Shown: piece by piece, positions 17,088 to 20,475 of the stretch | How the letters are laid out: each line of letters opens with the position of its first letter | How positions within the stretch are numbered: the first letter of the stretch is position 1 | From: an uncultured Spirochaetaceae bacterium | GTDB taxonomy: Bacteria > Spirochaetota > Spirochaetia > SZUA-6 > DRHE01 | Direction: 5' to 3' | DNA: 20,475 nucleotides | Assembly: GCA_964514815.1 (NCBI GenBank) | Contig: CAZERV010000059.1 | Coordinates: 1 to 20,475, forward strand | Program-made: the position numbers and the translations under genes | Notes under the pieces: generated by a model | What the model saw: only the letters and a program-made list of their open reading frames with translations | Database searches by the model: none | What the model was told of the DNA's origin: nothing

Positions 17088-18413
17088 ATGAAAAATATAA
17101 CGGTCAATTCTCTGACCCTGGGAAAGGTTTTCTGGTTCTGGCTTCCCCTGGCGGCCATGTGGCTGATGATGGGGATCGAGCATCCCATAATCACCGCTTT
17201 GATAGCCAGGCTTCCGGACCCGGAGCAGAACCTGGCTGCTTTTGGGATAACCTTCTCGATGGCCCTGATTATCGAAAGTCCGATCATTATGCTGCTGACC
17301 GCAGCCACCGCCCTGGCTTATAACAGGGGAGATTACCGGCTCCTGCTGGTCTTCACCCATATCATGGCTTTAAGTTTGACAGCTCTGCACCTCCTGATCG
17401 TTCTGACCCCCGCCTACAGGATAATAGTTGGTAGATTTATCGGGGTTCCTCCGGAGATTATTGAACCGAGCCGCATTGCCTTTCTGTTGATGGCGCCCTG
17501 GTCGGCGGCCATCGCCTACCGTCGTCTCTGGCAGGGAGTCCTGATCCGCTTCAAGCGGACCGGGGTGGTCCCGCTTACAATCCTCTCCCGGTTCCTGACG
17601 AGCATGATCGTCTTAGCCCTGGGTTTTCGCCGGGGCAGGGTTCCGGGAGCCTACATAGGGGCTGCGGCCTTGAGCCTGGGGGTAATTGCCGCCGCCTTTA
17701 CCGCCTACGGTTTCAGCCGGCCGGTAGTGAGGTCTCATTTAAGCTCCGGGGCCGAGGCTGAAGAGCCTTTGACCTGGCCAAGACTTCTCGAGTTCTACCT
17801 GCCCCTGGCCCTCACTATGCTCTTGACCATGGCTGCCCAGCCGATCCTATCCATCGGTCTGGCCCGGGCGCCCGAGCCCCTGGCTTCTCTCGCCATCTGG
17901 CCGGTGGTAATGGGGGCGCTTTTTATCATCCGCTCACTCGGCATTTCCTATCAGGAGGTAGTGGTAGCTCTGCTCGCCGATGCCGGGAGCTTTAGTGTTT
18001 TACGGCGCTTTACCCGCCGGCTGGGACTGAGCCTGGCCGGAATCCTGGCCCTTTTCGCGTTCAGTCCTCTTTCAGGATTCTGGTTTACTAAGGTAGCCGG
18101 GCTTTCGGCGAAGCTGGCCGATTTTACCGTGCTTCCCATGATGGTTTTGGCCGTTGTCCCGGGATTGGAATCCCTGCTCTCCTGGCTGCGGGGTTTCCTG
18201 GTTCACAAGGCACGGACCAGGATAATTTCGCAGGCCGTGGGGCTCAACTTGCTGGTTCTGGCGGTGGTGATGCTGGGCGGAGCCGCCGTGCTGCCCATCG
18301 GGGGCGCCGGCACTGCCGCCATAGCCCTGACCTTCGCCCTGACCCTGGAATGTCTCTTTTTGTGGCTGCGTATCGGAGCCGTGGGGGGTGAGTTGTTTGG
18401 AAAGCGTTTATAA
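17088..18413 (+). CDS. Polytopic membrane protein with clear internal duplication, MOP/MATE-flippase-superfamily-like
   Basis: The N-half motif (WFWLPLAAMWLMMGIEHPIITALIARLPDPEQNLAAFGI) is repeated in the C-half (EFYLPLALTMLLTMAAQPILSIGLARAPEPLASLAIWPV). About 12 TM. Starts 4 nt after the preceding stop, so it is probably co-transcribed. Confidence 0.65.
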   Translation: MKNITVNSLTLGKVFWFWLPLAAMWLMMGIEHPIITALIARLPDPEQNLAAFGITFSMALIIESPIIMLLTAATALAYNRGDYRLLLVFTHIMALSLTALHLLIVLTPAYRIIVGRFIGVPPEIIEPSRIAFLLMAPWSAAIAYRRLWQGVLIRFKRTGVVPLTILSRFLTSMIVLALGFRRGRVPGAYIGAAALSLGVIAAAFTAYGFSRPVVRSHLSSGAEAEEPLTWPRLLEFYLPLALTMLLTMAAQPILSIGLARAPEPLASLAIWPVVMGALFIIRSLGISYQEVVVALLADAGSFSVLRRFTRRLGLSLAGILALFAFSPLSGFWFTKVAGLSAKLADFTVLPMMVLAVVPGLESLLSWLRGFLVHKARTRIISQAVGLNLLVLAVVMLGGAAVLPIGGAGTAAIALTFALTLECLFLWLRIGAVGGELFGKRL

Positions 18414-18450
18414 ATTATACTGGGGTCAATTTTAAAAGGGAGGATTTAGT

Positions 18451-19338
18451 ATGAGCCTGAACAATATCGGCTGGATCGGCACCGGAGTAATGGGAAAGTC
18501 CATGTGCGGGCATATTCTTAAGCAAGGATACAAGGTCTTTGTCTATACCAGGACAAAGAGGAAAGCAGAAGTTTTGCTGGCGAATGGAGCCGAGTGGTGT
18601 GAGAACCCGAAAGAAGTGGCCGGGAAGAGCGACTTGGTTTTTACCATTGTCGGTTATCCGGCCGATGTGGAAGAGGTGATTCTGGGAGAAAAAGGAGTCT
18701 TATCCGGGACAAAGCCGGGCTCCATTGTCGTGGATATGACCACTTCGGAGCCCGCCCTGGCGGGGAAAATATATGAACAGGCCAGACTACGCTCCGTGGC
18801 TTCCCTGGATGCCCCGGTATCGGGTGGAGACGTGGGCGCCCGGGAGGCAAAGCTGGCCATCATGGTCGGCGGAGACAGAGAAGTTTACGATAAGGTTCTA
18901 CCATTTTTCGAGATCATGGGGGAAAATATCGCTTACATGGGCGGCGCCGGCGCCGGGCAGCATACCAAGATGTGCAATCAGATCCATATTGCCTCCACGA
19001 TGATCGGGGTGGTGGAGTGCCTTCTCTATGCCCATAGAGCCGGGTTGGATATGGAAGAGATGATCGCCGTGGTCGGAAAGGGAGCCGCTTCCTCCTGGTC
19101 CATCAATAACTACGGGCCCAGGATTGCCAGAGGGAATTTCGATCCGGGATTCTTCATCAAGCATTTCGTCAAGGATATGGATATTGCTTTAAAGGAAGCC
19201 CGCAGGATGAAGCTCTCCCTGCCGGGATTGGCCCTGGCCCACCAGTTTTATGTTTCCGCCATGGCTGTCGGGCTCGAAAACCTGGGCACTCACGGCCTGT
19301 ACAAACTCTTCGAGAGGATGAATAATCCGGGAGGATGA
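18451..19338 (+). CDS. NAD(P)-dependent oxidoreductase, 3-hydroxyisobutyrate dehydrogenase / 2-hydroxy-3-oxopropionate reductase family
   Basis: N-terminal Rossmann motif IGWIGTGVMGKSMCGHILKQGYKVFVYTRT, the catalytic-Lys region of the 6PGDH-like NAD-binding fold, and C-terminal NAD_binding_11-like helices. 295 aa. Confidence 0.88.
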   Translation: MSLNNIGWIGTGVMGKSMCGHILKQGYKVFVYTRTKRKAEVLLANGAEWCENPKEVAGKSDLVFTIVGYPADVEEVILGEKGVLSGTKPGSIVVDMTTSEPALAGKIYEQARLRSVASLDAPVSGGDVGAREAKLAIMVGGDREVYDKVLPFFEIMGENIAYMGGAGAGQHTKMCNQIHIASTMIGVVECLLYAHRAGLDMEEMIAVVGKGAASSWSINNYGPRIARGNFDPGFFIKHFVKDMDIALKEARRMKLSLPGLALAHQFYVSAMAVGLENLGTHGLYKLFERMNNPGG

Positions 19339-19571
19339 TGATGGAGTTATACTATAAAGAAACCTGCCCCTACTGCCAGAGAGTTTTGAGCTTTTTAAAA
19401 GGCAAAAAACATTCCATTCGCCTGAAAGAGATTATAGTGAACCCTGAGTTCAGGAAAGAGCTTGAGGCGATTAGTAACAATAACAGCCAGGTCCCCTGCC
19501 TGGTGGTAGAGGGCAGGCCCATGCTTGAATCTGGTGATATTATCGAGTACTTGAGAAAGCGCCTGGCATGA
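19335..19571 (+). CDS. Glutaredoxin-family small thiol-disulfide oxidoreductase
   Basis: CPYC active site (YYKETCPYCQRVLSFL), thioredoxin fold about 78 aa, conserved cis-Pro region (QVPCLVVEG) and C-terminal GD motif. ATGA overlap with the upstream stop. Confidence 0.85.
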   Translation: MMMELYYKETCPYCQRVLSFLKGKKHSIRLKEIIVNPEFRKELEAISNNNSQVPCLVVEGRPMLESGDIIEYLRKRLA

Positions 19572-20269
19572 TCGAGCTTCTGCAGTTCAGATACGGACAG
19601 GATAATTTGGGCTATCTCCTCTATGCCGGGAAAGAAGCGCTGGTCGTGGATCCGGGGGACCCGGGCCTCGTAGTCGAGTTCTTAAAGAAAAATCAGCTCG
19701 AGCTTAAGGGGATCATGAATACTCACAGCCATGGCGATCACACCTCAGGAAATCGAAGCCTTGAGAGAGCGACCGGTGCGCCTGTCTGGGAGTACCGGGA
19801 GTTGTTGAAAAAAGAATATATCAAGCTTGGGAGCGAGCGGATCGATATCATCCCCACCCCCGGTCATACGGAGGATTCCCTCTGCCTGCTTTCCGGCCGT
19901 AATCTTTTAACCGGGGATACTCTGTTCATAGCCAATGTGGGTAACTGCCCGGCTTTCAGAATGAAAAGTTTTGCCGAAAGCTTAAGCCGGCTACTGGTCC
20001 TGCCGGAGGAGACAAGGGTCTTTCCGGGTCATGACTATACGGAGCGTTCCCTGAAGCGTGCCATGGAGATCGAGAAGAGCAATGCTTATATAAAAGAGTT
20101 CCGGGAGCGCTACAAGCCGCCGCCCGTGGCCGGCACGATTGGGGATGAGAAGAAGATCAACCCCTACCTGCGGGCCTCGGAGCCGGAAGTAGCAGAGCAC
20201 CTCAGGCTCAAAGGTAAGAATACGGCCAATGATTTTGAGTGCTTCAAATCTTTCCTGGAGCTGTATTGA
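19568..20269 (+). CDS. gloB: Hydroxyacylglutathione hydrolase (glyoxalase II)-like MBL-fold hydrolase
   Basis: MBL motif THSHGDHTSG (HxHxDH), downstream His/Asp ligands (TPGHTEDS, GDTLF, FPGHDY), and a HAGH_C-like C-terminus with EKKINPYLR (the NPFLR-type motif of glyoxalase II). ATGA overlap with the glutaredoxin stop. Confidence 0.85.
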   Translation: MIELLQFRYGQDNLGYLLYAGKEALVVDPGDPGLVVEFLKKNQLELKGIMNTHSHGDHTSGNRSLERATGAPVWEYRELLKKEYIKLGSERIDIIPTPGHTEDSLCLLSGRNLLTGDTLFIANVGNCPAFRMKSFAESLSRLLVLPEETRVFPGHDYTERSLKRAMEIEKSNAYIKEFRERYKPPPVAGTIGDEKKINPYLRASEPEVAEHLRLKGKNTANDFECFKSFLELY

Positions 20270-20475
20270 AAATCGAGCCGCTCCAGCAATAATGAACAGC
20301 AGAGAATGGCTAATTTTTAAGCTAAGAAGAAATATAAAGTAACTTTTTAATATTTTTTGTTTTGTAACCTTTTCTGTGTTATCATTGTTTGTAGTTATAC
20401 AAACATTCATGGAGCCCCTGGGTTTTTTCCTCCTTTTCCCGGGGGCTTCTTGTTTCATAATACTGTCTGCGAAAA

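Noticed and set aside
20386-20405. Perfect AT-rich hairpin TGTTTGTA-GTTA-TACAAACA in the 3' intergenic region
   Set aside because: It is not followed by a U-run on either strand and is about 115 nt from the gloB stop. It could be part of a promoter or operator for a gene beyond the window. That is insufficient to call a terminator or regulatory site.
19991-20458. 155-aa minus-strand ORF at the window end
   Set aside because: Its 3' two-thirds is antisense to the glyoxalase II gene, which has strong motif support. The 5' part is an AT-rich intergenic region. The only RBS-like AAGGAGG is 18 nt from the internal ATG, too far.
1-20475. All genes on one strand across 20 kb
   Set aside because: This could hint at a mobile island or phage, but there are no integrases, repeats, tRNA or compositional breaks. 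Core genes prfA, prmC and rel are embedded. It is more simply explained by leading-strand co-orientation of operons.

Overview
This is a densely coded bacterial chromosomal segment, mid-50s % GC by eye, in which all 18 convincing genes lie on the + strand. The long minus-strand ORFs are high-GC antisense shadows of these genes. I found no rRNA, tRNA, CRISPR array or IS/transposase.

Gene order:
1. An alpha-glucoside utilisation locus: the 3' end of a sugar ABC permease, a LacI-family regulator, and a large GH65 disaccharide phosphorylase fused in-frame to a beta-phosphoglucomutase.
2. A translationally coupled prfA-prmC-rel block (release factor 1, its glutamine methyltransferase, and a RelA/SpoT (p)ppGpp enzyme).
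3. The most interesting region, a seven-gene operon. It is driven by a sigma70-like promoter overlapped by a TGTAYTAA repeat/palindrome operator. It encodes a YtrA-type GntR repressor, a polytopic SPFH/band-7 protein, a MacB/LolD-type ABC ATPase, two non-identical FtsX/MacB-type permeases in a LolCDE-like arrangement, a periplasmic LolA-like protein, and a secreted beta-rich protein that may be an outer-membrane barrel. This looks like an uncharacterised envelope lipid or lipoprotein trafficking/efflux module with a membrane-microdomain scaffold.
4. A 360-bp leader followed by two polytopic membrane proteins with internal repeats, one DUF401/IT-superfamily-like and one MOP/MATE-like.
5. A tightly coupled dehydrogenase-glutaredoxin-glyoxalase II tricistron.

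The organism appears diderm, given signal peptides, the LolA-like protein and the candidate outer-membrane barrel.
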